From assembly GCF_988243305.1 (NCBI RefSeq), contig NZ_OZ547136.1: DNA of 64,000 nucleotides; one strand, given 5' to 3'. Below, piece by piece: positions 9,084-17,324 of this stretch (its first letter is position 1; the number at the start of each line of letters is the position of its first letter). The translations under genes were made by a program, and so were the position numbers. The notes under the pieces were generated by a model that was given only the letters and a program-made list of their open reading frames with translations, was not told the DNA's origin and made no database searches.

Positions 9084-9434
9084 ATGACTCAAAACTATGA
9101 ACTGATTGTGAAAGGGATCCGCAATTTTGAGAATAAAGTTACGGTAACTTTAGCGTTACGGGACAAAAAACGCTTTGACGGTGAAATTTTTGACCTGGAC
9201 ATCTCGCTGGACCGTGTTGAAGGTGCCACGCTGGAGTTTTATGAGGCAGCAGCCAGAAGGAGCATCAGACAGGTCTTCCTGGATGTTGCTGCCGGGTTAT
9301 GTGAAGGGGATGAGCAGTCGCCGGAAAAGCGCCCCGTAATTTTAGAGGCGCAGAATGTATGGATAACCTACAAAGGAAAGCTACCGGGAATAATTACTGG
9401 TTCTCTGAAGACTCCTCCGGAATCACAACCTTAA
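9084..9434 (+). CDS. Hypothetical protein between holin and endolysin
   Basis: 116-aa ORF, hydrophilic, no recognised domain. Confidence 0.45.
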   Translation: MTQNYELIVKGIRNFENKVTVTLALRDKKRFDGEIFDLDISLDRVEGATLEFYEAAARRSIRQVFLDVAAGLCEGDEQSPEKRPVILEAQNVWITYKGKLPGIITGSLKTPPESQP

Positions 9435-9497
9435 GTCACTGACCGGAACAGATAAACCTGTCCGTGGGCAGAAACCGATAAATCCTGATAAATATCC

Positions 9498-10031
9498 ATG
9501 AACACCAAAATCAAATACGGCCTGTCGGCTGCCGTTCTGGCGCTGATTGCCGCTGGTGCGCCTGCGCCTGACATTCTCGACCAGTTTCTGGATGAAAAGG
9601 AAGGTAACCACACCACGGCATACCGTGATGGCGCGGGTATCTGGACCATCTGCCGCGGTGCCATCCTGGTGGATGGCAAACCTGTCGTTCCGGGCATGAA
9701 GTTGTCGAAGGAAAAATGCGACCGGGTTAACGCCATTGAGCGTGATAAGGCGCTGGCATGGGTGGAGAAAAACATCAGAGTGCCATTGAGTGAACCCCAG
9801 AAAGCGGGGATCGCGTCATTCTGTCCGTACAACATTGGCCCCGGTAAGTGTTTTCCGTCGACGTTTTATAAACGAATTAATGCAGGTGATCGCAGGGGAG
9901 CGTGTGAGGCGATTCGCTGGTGGATTAAGGACGGTGGCAGAGACTGCCGTATTCGCTCAAATAACTGTTACGGTCAGGTATCCCGTCGTGACCAGGAGAG
10001 CGCGCTGGCGTGCTGGGGAATCGACAGATAA
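9498..10031 (+). CDS. SAR endolysin (lysozyme, glycoside hydrolase family 24 type)
   Basis: N-terminal signal-anchor-release segment (GLSAAVLALIAAGA) followed by a T4-lysozyme-like core (EGNHTTAYRDGAGIWTICRG). Confidence 0.85.
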   Translation: MNTKIKYGLSAAVLALIAAGAPAPDILDQFLDEKEGNHTTAYRDGAGIWTICRGAILVDGKPVVPGMKLSKEKCDRVNAIERDKALAWVEKNIRVPLSEPQKAGIASFCPYNIGPGKCFPSTFYKRINAGDRRGACEAIRWWIKDGGRDCRIRSNNCYGQVSRRDQESALACWGIDR

Positions 10032-10124
10032 GCAGAATATTTTGCTAATAAATGACGTTGGCCAAGGCGGACGGGTAACACGAAATCCTGCGAACTGGCA
10101 AAATGTAAGTGAATAAAAGTAAAA

Positions 10125-10160
10125 ACCCCGTTTGTTGGCAGCAAGCGGGGTTTTGTTTTT
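10125..10160 (+). terminator. Rho-independent terminator downstream of the endolysin
   Basis: CCCCG...CGGGG stem followed by TTTTGTTTTT. Confidence 0.55.
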
Positions 10161-10225
10161 ATGGCAGTAAGCTATGGGAGGCTGCCTTGATTGATTTTAG
10201 CAAACTGATTAGGGAGTTGCGACTC

Positions 10226-10321
10226 ATGATTAGTCAATTACCAAACTGGAAATTTTTGCTGGTCTGGAGCATCCCTTTTTTATGGGTAGTATCCCAGTTA
10301 ATTGTGGCAATTAAGGGGTAG
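10226..10321 (+). CDS. Small hydrophobic peptide 1 (31 aa)
   Basis: MISQLPNWKFLLVWSIPFLWVVSQLIVAIKG, one predicted TM helix. Confidence 0.35.
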   Translation: MISQLPNWKFLLVWSIPFLWVVSQLIVAIKG

Positions 10322-10323
10322 CT

Positions 10324-10455
10324 ATGTCAGACAAACTCATAACGCCGGCAAAGGTCCTGTGTGTGATTGTCGGTATTTCATTTTCACTAATGCTGGTTGC
10401 TCTTTTTCTGTCCCTCGCCTGGGTGATGTTGTCTTCGTCGGGGCTGCTGGGGTGA
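10324..10455 (+). CDS. Small hydrophobic peptide 2 (43 aa)
   Basis: MSDKLITPAKVLCVIVGISFSLMLVALFLSLAWVMLSSSGLLG; starts 2 nt after the peptide 1 stop. Confidence 0.4.
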   Translation: MSDKLITPAKVLCVIVGISFSLMLVALFLSLAWVMLSSSGLLG

Positions 10456-10574
10456 CAGTGACTGATGACATCAGCAGAGCGCTGGCTTTTGCTATTAAGT
10501 GGGTGGCTGTTGGTATTGCTGTGTCTCCGATGCTGTATGGGCTGGCAAAACTGGTCATTGCGCTGAAATCGTGA
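10452..10574 (+). CDS. Small hydrophobic peptide 3 (about 40 aa, putative GTG start)
   Basis: GTGA overlap with the peptide 2 stop; ...AFAIKWVAVGIAVSPMLYGLAKLVIALKS. Confidence 0.3.
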   Translation: MTVTDDISRALAFAIKWVAVGIAVSPMLYGLAKLVIALKS

Positions 10575-10585
10575 ACTTTAAAAAG

Positions 10586-10672
10586 ATGAGTGCTGAACTT
10601 ATTCGGGCAATGGCATTTGCCATTCGTATTGTGGCCATTGCTGTTCTGGTCTGGGCAATCCGTTGGTGGTGA
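10586..10672 (+). CDS. Small hydrophobic peptide 4 (28 aa)
   Basis: [28 protein letters not shown]; shares the AFAI(K/R)xVA motif with peptide 3; stops 1 nt before the Rz start. Confidence 0.35.
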   Translation: MSAELIRAMAFAIRIVAIAVLVWAIRWW

Positions 10673-10673
10673 T

Positions 10674-11141
10674 ATGAACCGTGTTCTGTGTGTGGTGATT
10701 ATTGTCCTGCTGGTAGCCTGTGGTGTGCTTAGTCTGGGGCTGAATCATTACCGCGATAACGCCATCACCTACAAAGCGCAGCGCGATAAAAAAGTCAGTG
10801 AGCTGAAACTGGCGAACGCGACAATTACTGATATGCAGATACGCCAGCGTGATGTCGCTGAACTTGATGCCAGATACTCGAGGGAATTAGCCGATGCGAG
10901 AGCTGAAAATGAAACTCTGCGTGCTGATGTTGCCGCTGGTCGTAAGCGCCTGCGGATCAACGCCACCTGCTCCGGTACAGTGCGTGAAGCCACCGGCACC
11001 TCCGGCGTGGATAATGCAACCGGCCCCCGACTGGCAGACACCGCTGAACGGGATTATTTCATCCTCAGAGAACGGTTGATGACAATGCAGAAGCAGCTGG
11101 AAGGGGCACAGGACTATATCCGCACTCAGTGCCTGAACTAA
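10674..11141 (+). CDS. Rz i-spanin
   Basis: N-terminal TM anchor followed by a coiled-coil periplasmic domain; directly follows the lysis genes. Confidence 0.8.
   Translation: MNRVLCVVIIVLLVACGVLSLGLNHYRDNAITYKAQRDKKVSELKLANATITDMQIRQRDVAELDARYSRELADARAENETLRADVAAGRKRLRINATCSGTVREATGTSGVDNATGPRLADTAERDYFILRERLMTMQKQLEGAQDYIRTQCLN
10894..11079 (+). CDS. Rz1 o-spanin lipoprotein, embedded in the +1 frame of Rz
   Basis: [20 protein letters not shown] lipobox followed by a proline-rich mature region; wholly inside Rz. Confidence 0.8.
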   Translation: MRELKMKLCVLMLPLVVSACGSTPPAPVQCVKPPAPPAWIMQPAPDWQTPLNGIISSSENG

Positions 11142-11464
11142 GTTTTGCTGATGCGCCGTATCGTCGCTGTATTCCCTCATTAACAGAGACCGCAGCCCGA
11201 CAGGGAGACTCCTCTGCGCGAGTGTGCGGGGATAATCAAAAACGATACACACCGGGGTTTACCGCGTTAACGGAGCGCGGCGTTGTCCCCTCATAGTCGC
11301 CAGTCCGGTGCGATGGTGGAAGAAACAGGACGATGTGTTACCTCGCAAGCCCTGTTATGTCATGTGTCTGATTTGTGATTTAAGTCGGATAATTGTCGTT
11401 GCCATTAAGCAGAGGATTGATGACCGACAGGGCGGCATTGTTAGAATAAGACTTATTCTTATCT

Positions 11465-11806
11465 GTGCGGGGAATGAAAATGAAAAGAAATCTTCCGTTA
11501 ATTATTTTGTTGTCTTCTCTGGTTATGGGCTGTACGCAACATAAAACAGATATGCCCCGACAGTTGGTTAAGGCATTACCACAATATCCGGCCTATGCAG
11601 CGGCAAATTATATAAAGGGACGGGTTGATGTGAGGTTTGATATTGGTGCTGATGGTACTGTCACCCGAATTGAGTTTATTCGTTCAGAGCCGCACCATCT
11701 GTTTGATGAGCAGGTTGTAAAGGCGATGGCAAAATGGCGATTTGAGAAGGACAGGCCGTGTAAAGGCGTGAAGAAAACGTTTATCTTTAGTCCTTCTGCA
11801 CCCTGA
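11465..11806 (+). CDS. Lipoprotein with TonB C-terminal-like domain (start among ATGs at 11465, 11474 or 11480)
   Basis: Signal peptide with lipobox LVMGC; C-terminal region resembles the TonB_C fold; the domain assignment is by eye only. Confidence 0.45.
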   Translation: MRGMKMKRNLPLIILLSSLVMGCTQHKTDMPRQLVKALPQYPAYAAANYIKGRVDVRFDIGADGTVTRIEFIRSEPHHLFDEQVVKAMAKWRFEKDRPCKGVKKTFIFSPSAP

Positions 11807-11937
11807 TTATTTCATCAGAAATTAATTATCACTCTGTTGTTATTCTGTACATCCCGGCAGGGTAAGTCTTGTTCTGTCGGATATGAAGATGAAATATTGT
11901 TGGAGGACAGTGGGTACCTGCTCCTGTAACCGAACGT

Positions 11938-12138
11938 TCATTTCTCGTTATTTGTCATGCTGGCCGGGCGCAGATGCGTTGCATCTGTTGCCAGCCTTCT
12001 CCTGCAGGCTTCAATAACCCACGCTGAAAAGTTACCGGACCCTTTATGCTCAAGGGCGATGTTGATCTGTTCAATCATGTGATTGGGGAAACGGATATTG
12101 CGGGTTGTGGTTCTGCGGGTACGGTTTTTCGATGACAT
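11938..12138 (-). CDS. Small ribbon-helix-helix (Arc/MetJ-like) protein
   Basis: 66 aa, basic N-terminus then NIRFPNHMIEQINIAL...NFSAWVIEACRRRL; divergent from the HNH gene. Confidence 0.5.
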   Translation of the reverse strand: MSSKNRTRRTTTRNIRFPNHMIEQINIALEHKGSGNFSAWVIEACRRRLATDATHLRPASMTNNEK

Positions 12139-12179
12139 ATTTATTTCCTTTACTGATTGCCATATGACGGGGATTTTAC

Positions 12180-12545
12180 ATGGCTGAGCTTCGTACACTC
12201 CAGAGCAGAATCAAAACACTGAATACCCGACGGGTGAATATTCTGAAGGGTGAACAGCGTCGTGTCAGTGGCAGTGCACGTGTTTCCCTCAAGCGTCATA
12301 TCTGGCTCAGGGACGCCGGGCAGTGCCGTCTCTGTGGTCGTGTGGTTGACCTCTGTGACAGTGAACTCGATCACCGAATTGCACTTCAGTTCGGTGGTGG
12401 TAATGAGGAGACGAATCTCTGGACGCTCTGTACCGAATGCCATCGACAAAAGTCTGCTCGTGAAGCGGCGAGTGATATGCCGGACCCGACGCTGCCGGAG
12501 GTGTCCGGAGGTAGTGGCAGAGAGGACGACATCATCGGACTGTAA
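12180..12545 (+). CDS. HNH endonuclease (terminase-associated)
   Basis: CxxC...DHRIALQFGG...N...CxxCH motif; immediately upstream of the terminase small subunit. Confidence 0.8.
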   Translation: MAELRTLQSRIKTLNTRRVNILKGEQRRVSGSARVSLKRHIWLRDAGQCRLCGRVVDLCDSELDHRIALQFGGGNEETNLWTLCTECHRQKSAREAASDMPDPTLPEVSGGSGREDDIIGL

Positions 12546-12639
12546 CCCGACCCCGGGGGGGTATCATCCGGCGTAAAAAACGATCGCTTTGGACACCGCG
12601 CCCCCTCTCACGCAGAGAAAAAATTCCCGTTTCAGGGCA

Positions 12640-12765
12640 GTTAACATGTTAACTGGCTGCCCGGGCATTTTTGCGGTTTTTATCTTTATTATTCAGTTTG
12701 TTGTGCGGAAAAAATGTTAACAGGCTTTTTCAGCAAATGTTAACCAGGCAGCAGTTAACATTTGC
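12640..12765 (+). repeat. Cluster of five GTTAAC-containing motifs upstream of terS (candidate cos/terminase recognition region)
   Basis: GTTAACATGTTAAC at 12640-12653, ATGTTAAC at 12714-12721 and 12737-12744, GTTAACAT at 12754-12761. Confidence 0.4.
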
Positions 12766-12835
12766 GGCATGAGACGCCGGGAAAAATGGGCTGAACCATA
12801 CCCGGCTGAGTGCGTTCTGGACCCGGGAGGAGGCT

Positions 12836-13399
12836 GTGCTGACAACGCAAAAACGAAAATTTGCGCTGGCGCTCATGTCCGGGAAAAACAAAACAGCGTC
12901 AGCCATTGCCGCCGGTTATTCGGCGAAGACCGCCAGGGTTAAAGGCTCGCAGCTGGCAAAAGATCCTGAGGTGCTTGCGTTTATAGCCCGTAAACAATGC
13001 GAGACGGTGGAGGTGGATGAGGTTCCTGTTTACCGGCAGAAAAAATCAGAGCAGGAGGATAAACCCCGTCGCCGTGAGGCGGCTGCAATACCACAGCCGG
13101 ACGAAAACAATCTGGAGATGCCACCGTCCGCGGTGATGTCTCCTGGTATTGAATATATGGAGGATGGTCTTCCCGATCCGGTGAAAGCCATGGGGCGGAT
13201 CCTGGTGGAAAACCTCTGCATTGATCCGAAACTGGCACTGGATGCGGCCTGGCGTCTGGCGCAGTTCACGCACCATAAAAAAGGGGATACCGGGAAAAAA
13301 TCGGCAAAAGGTGATGCCGCGAAAAAAGCGGCTAACCGTTTTGCGGTGCCACCGCCCCCCCGACTGGTGGTGAATAACGATAATGAGGGCAACGGATGA
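12836..13399 (+). CDS. Terminase small subunit (P27-family-like)
   Basis: N-terminal helix-turn-helix-like region (KRKFALALMSGKNKTASAIAAGYS); sits directly before the large terminase subunit with a 4-nt overlap. Confidence 0.7.
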   Translation: MLTTQKRKFALALMSGKNKTASAIAAGYSAKTARVKGSQLAKDPEVLAFIARKQCETVEVDEVPVYRQKKSEQEDKPRRREAAAIPQPDENNLEMPPSAVMSPGIEYMEDGLPDPVKAMGRILVENLCIDPKLALDAAWRLAQFTHHKKGDTGKKSAKGDAAKKAANRFAVPPPPRLVVNNDNEGNG

Positions 13400-15057
13400 T
13401 ACCTGTATGGAGCACAGCCTGCCCGGACTGGGCAGAGCGCCTGAAAAAGGGGCTGTCGATTATTCCGGATCCGATTTATCCGGACGAGGCCGCACATGCC
13501 CTGGCGATTTTTAAACAACTGCGGATTGTGGATGCACCTGGTAGCCCTACGTTCGGGGAGTCCTGTGCACCGTGGGTGTTTGACCTGGTGGCGGCCCTGT
13601 TTGGCTCCTACGATGCGCAGACCGGTGTACGCCATATCAAGGAAGTTTTTATCCTTATCCCCAAGAAAAACTCGAAGTCCACGCTGGCCGCGGGGATCAT
13701 GATGACTGCACTGTTACTGAACTGGCGGCAGGCGGCGGGTTACACGATTCTGGCCCCGACTGTGGAGGTGGCGGCCAACGCCTTCAACCCTGCCCGGGAT
13801 ATGGTACGACGTGACGATGATCTGGATGACCTCTGCCAGGTACAGACCCATATCCGGACCATCACCCACCGAGTGACGGACACCACCCTGAAGGTGGTGG
13901 CAGCCGATCCGAATACGGTGTCCGGTATCAAGTCCGTGGGTACGCTGATTGATGAGTTGTGGCTGTTTGGCAAGCAGTGCAAGGCGGAGGACATGTTACG
14001 TGAAGCCATAGGCGGCCTTGCCTCCCGCCCGGAAGGGTTTGTGGTGTATACGACCACCCAGTCGAATGAACCGCCCGCCGGGGTGTTCAGACAGAAACTG
14101 CAGTACGCCCGGGATGTGCGCGACGGCAAAATTCATGATCCGCACTTTCTGCCGGTGATATTTGAACACCCTCCTGAAATGGTGGAAAGCGGGGCTAACC
14201 TGCTGATGGAAAACCTCGCCATGGTCAATCCGAATCTCGGCTATTCAGTGGATGAGGCCTTTCTGTACCGGGAGTACCGTAAAGCCCGGGAAGCCGGTGA
14301 AGAGACATTCCGGGGGTTCATGTCAAAACACGCCAATGTGGAAATTGGTCTTGCCCTGCGCTCTGACCGCTGGGCGGGGGCTGATTTCTGGGAAGAGCAG
14401 GGCCGTTGTATCAGCCTGGACGATATCCTGCGTCGTGCTGATGTGGTGACGGTGGGGATTGACGGCGGAGGGCTGGATGATCTGCTGGGGATGTATGTGA
14501 TTGGGCGTGACCGGGAGACCCGCGAATGGCTGGGCTGGGGCCATGCCTGGGCGCATGAAACCGCGGTGGTCCGACGGAAGAGCGAGGCGTCCCGGTTTCA
14601 GGATCTTGTTGCCTGTGGAGATATGACCATTGTCCGGCGTGTCGGGGATGACACGGCGGAAGTGGCGGAATATGTGCGTCGCATTCATGAGGCTGAGTTA
14701 CTGGACCATATCGGTATTGACCCGTCAGGGGTGGGGCAGATTCTGGATTCACTGGCGGAAGCCGGGATCCCCGACGGAATTGTGGTGGGGATAAGCCAGG
14801 GCTGGAAACTGGGCGGGGCCATTAAAACCACCGAGCGCAAACTGGCTGAAGGGGTGCTGGTGCATGGTGACCAGCCCCTGATGGCCTGGTGTGTCGGCAA
14901 TGCCCGGGTGGAGCCTAAAGGTAACGCCATTCTTATCACCAAACAGGCCAGTGGACGGGGAAAAATTGACCCGCTGATGGCGCTGTTCAATGCGGTCTCC
15001 CTGATGTCCCTTAACCCGGAACCGAAAAAGAAAGAATATGCGGTTTTTTTCATATAA
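13396..15057 (+). CDS. Terminase large subunit
   Basis: 553 aa; Walker A-like ILIPKKNSKST; acidic C-terminal nuclease-like half; size and position. Confidence 0.85.
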   Translation: MIPVWSTACPDWAERLKKGLSIIPDPIYPDEAAHALAIFKQLRIVDAPGSPTFGESCAPWVFDLVAALFGSYDAQTGVRHIKEVFILIPKKNSKSTLAAGIMMTALLLNWRQAAGYTILAPTVEVAANAFNPARDMVRRDDDLDDLCQVQTHIRTITHRVTDTTLKVVAADPNTVSGIKSVGTLIDELWLFGKQCKAEDMLREAIGGLASRPEGFVVYTTTQSNEPPAGVFRQKLQYARDVRDGKIHDPHFLPVIFEHPPEMVESGANLLMENLAMVNPNLGYSVDEAFLYREYRKAREAGEETFRGFMSKHANVEIGLALRSDRWAGADFWEEQGRCISLDDILRRADVVTVGIDGGGLDDLLGMYVIGRDRETREWLGWGHAWAHETAVVRRKSEASRFQDLVACGDMTIVRRVGDDTAEVAEYVRRIHEAELLDHIGIDPSGVGQILDSLAEAGIPDGIVVGISQGWKLGGAIKTTERKLAEGVLVHGDQPLMAWCVGNARVEPKGNAILITKQASGRGKIDPLMALFNAVSLMSLNPEPKKKEYAVFFI

Positions 15058-15083
15058 CCCTGTTCACACTGTAACCATCACGA

Positions 15084-15103
15084 ACCGCTCCGGCGGTTTT
15101 TTT
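15084..15103 (+). terminator. Terminator-like hairpin with T-run between terL and the capsid gene
   Basis: ACCGC-TCCG-GCGGT followed by TTTTTTT, then RBS GGAGG. Confidence 0.45.
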
Positions 15104-15120
15104 ATTTTCAGGAGGCTGAT

Positions 15121-17058
15121 GTGACTCTTAAACGGGCCTGTTCCCTGCTGACGGTGAAATCCTTCAGTGAGGATGAACGGGTGATCACCGGGATTGCGTC
15201 AACGCCTTCTCCGGATCGGGATGGTGACATCCTGGAGCCGGAGGGCGCGGAGTTTGGCAGTGCGATCCCGTTTCTCTGGCAGCATGACCATTCCCGCCCG
15301 GTGGGGCAGTGTACGGTGCGCCGGGTCAGCGAAGGGCTGGAAATCACGGCAACACTGGTGAAGCCCGTACCGGATATGCCGTCGCAACTGGCTGCCCGGC
15401 TGGATGAGGTCTGGGCGGCCATTAAGACCGGGCTGGTCAGGGGGCTGTCCGTGGGCTTCCGTCCCCATGAATACACCTTTCTGGACGGAGGCGGACTGCA
15501 TTTTCTGCGCTGGGAACTGATGGAGGTGTCTGCCGTCACCGTGCCCGCGAATGCGGAATGCACCATCCGGACCATTAAATCTTACGACCGCCCGTTTTCT
15601 GCCGCGTCCGGCAACCGGAAACCGGTGGTGAAAATCGCATCTTCTGCCGGCGCTGCGGCACAGTCAACAACCGTTTTTCATAAGGAAAAGACCATAATGA
15701 ATATTGGCGAACAGATTAAAAGTTTTGAAAACAAGCGTGCAGCGCTGGCAGCCTCCCTTGAGGAGGTCATGACCAAAGCCGCAGAGGAAGGGCGCACGCT
15801 GGATGTGGAGGAGGAAGAGCATTACGACAACACCGCAGCGGAAATCCGTCAGGTGGATGCGCACCTGAAGCGCCTGCGTGAACTGGAAGCCGGTAAGGCC
15901 GCCACGGCGCAGCCGGTGAAACAGGCCGGTAACGGGAATGTGGCCGCGGTGGCTTCTGCGCCGGTGATCCGTGTGGAGCAGAAACTGGATAAGGGGATTG
16001 GCTTCGCCCGCTTTGCCAAATCGCTGGCTGCGGCTAAAGGCGTCCGATCTGAAGCCCTGGAAGTGGCCCGTCGTCAGTATCCGGATGACAGTCGTCTGCA
16101 TCATGTCCTGAAATCGGCAGTGGGCGCGGGGACCACCACGGATCCGCAGTGGGCAGGCAGCCTGTCTGAATATCAGGAATACGCACAGGACTTTATTGAT
16201 TACCTGCGTCCGCAGACCATTATCGGGCGATTTGGTCAGGGCGGGATCCCTGCACTTCGTCAGGTGCCATTCAATATCCGTGTGCACGCCCAGGTGTCCG
16301 GCGGTGCTGCCGGCTGGGTGGGTGAGGGTAAGGCAAAACCCCTGACGAAGTTTGATTTTGAATCCATCACCTTCAGTCATGCGAAGGTGTCGGCCATTGC
16401 GGTACTGACGGAAGAATTGATCCGTTTTTCCAGTCCGGCTGCTGATGCACTGGTCCGTAATGCGCTGGCGGAAGCGGTGGTGGCGCGTCTGGATACAGAC
16501 TTTGTGGACCCGAAAAAAGCCGCAGTGGCAGATGTCTCCCCGGCGTCCATCACCCATGATGTGAAGGGCACGGCATCAACCGGTAACCCGGATGCGGATG
16601 CAGAGGCTGCGTTTGGACAGTTTGTGGCAGCAAACCTGCAGCCCACCGGTGCGGTCTGGCTGATGTCCAGCACCAATGCCCTGGCACTGTCCATGCGTAA
16701 AAATGCGCTGGGTCAGAAGGAATACCCGGACATGACCCTGCTGGGTGGCTCCTTCCAGGGGCTGCCGGTGATTGTCTCCCAGTACGTGGGTGACCAGCTG
16801 GTGCTGGTGAATGCCCCGGATATTTATCTGGCGGATGACGGCGGCGTGGCAGTGGATATGTCCCGCGAGGCATCACTGGAAATGCAGTCTGAGCCGACCG
16901 GCGACAGTACCACGCCGTCCCCGGTGGAGCTGGTTTCCATGTTCCAGACAGGCAGCGTGGCCATCCGTGCGGAGCGCTGGATCAACTGGCGTCGTCGCCG
17001 TACTGCGGCGGTGGCGGTGATCACCGGAGTGAACTACGGCAGTGCGTCCGGCGGCTGA
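15121..17058 (+). CDS. Prohead protease (HK97/S78 family) fused to scaffold-like region and major capsid protein
   Basis: N-terminus ITGIASTPSPDRDGDILEPEGAEF...PFLWQHD protease signature, central coiled-coil acidic segment, C-terminal HK97-fold capsid-like region. Confidence 0.75.
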   Translation: MTLKRACSLLTVKSFSEDERVITGIASTPSPDRDGDILEPEGAEFGSAIPFLWQHDHSRPVGQCTVRRVSEGLEITATLVKPVPDMPSQLAARLDEVWAAIKTGLVRGLSVGFRPHEYTFLDGGGLHFLRWELMEVSAVTVPANAECTIRTIKSYDRPFSAASGNRKPVVKIASSAGAAAQSTTVFHKEKTIMNIGEQIKSFENKRAALAASLEEVMTKAAEEGRTLDVEEEEHYDNTAAEIRQVDAHLKRLRELEAGKAATAQPVKQAGNGNVAAVASAPVIRVEQKLDKGIGFARFAKSLAAAKGVRSEALEVARRQYPDDSRLHHVLKSAVGAGTTTDPQWAGSLSEYQEYAQDFIDYLRPQTIIGRFGQGGIPALRQVPFNIRVHAQVSGGAAGWVGEGKAKPLTKFDFESITFSHAKVSAIAVLTEELIRFSSPAADALVRNALAEAVVARLDTDFVDPKKAAVADVSPASITHDVKGTASTGNPDADAEAAFGQFVAANLQPTGAVWLMSSTNALALSMRKNALGQKEYPDMTLLGGSFQGLPVIVSQYVGDQLVLVNAPDIYLADDGGVAVDMSREASLEMQSEPTGDSTTPSPVELVSMFQTGSVAIRAERWINWRRRRTAAVAVITGVNYGSASGG

Positions 17059-17102
17059 GTCTGATAAGGAGGACGGGAGGCGTGCGCCTCCCGTAACAGG
17101 TT

Positions 17103-17324
17103 ATGGCAAAGATCCGATATCTGCAGGGCACGCATGATGCCCGGGCCGGGGATATCCGTGATGTGGCACAGCCGTGTGCGGAGGTGCTGGTTCGCCTGGG
17201 AAAGGCGGAGTACATCACGGTGCGACGTCCGGCAGGTCAGAAAAAGAAACGTGATGCGGAGCATGGCGAATGTGGAACCTTTTACGGCGAACCCGAAAAA
17301 ACCAGAAATCAGGACGTGACGTAA
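17103..17324 (+). CDS. Small hypothetical protein between the capsid and portal genes
   Basis: 73-aa ORF; overlaps the portal start by 55 nt; uncertain. Confidence 0.3.
   Translation: MAKIRYLQGTHDARAGDIRDVAQPCAEVLVRLGKAEYITVRRPAGQKKKRDAEHGECGTFYGEPEKTRNQDVT

Noticed and set aside
10109-10574. Longer ORF versions 10109-10321 (70 aa) and 10302-10574 (90 aa) in the endolysin-Rz spacer
   Set aside because: Their N-terminal extensions overlap the post-endolysin terminator and lack RBS; the shorter coupled peptides are the more parsimonious reading.
15664-16557. 297-aa minus-strand ORF within the protease-capsid gene
   Set aside because: Antisense shadow; Arg/His/Cys-rich composition and no RBS.
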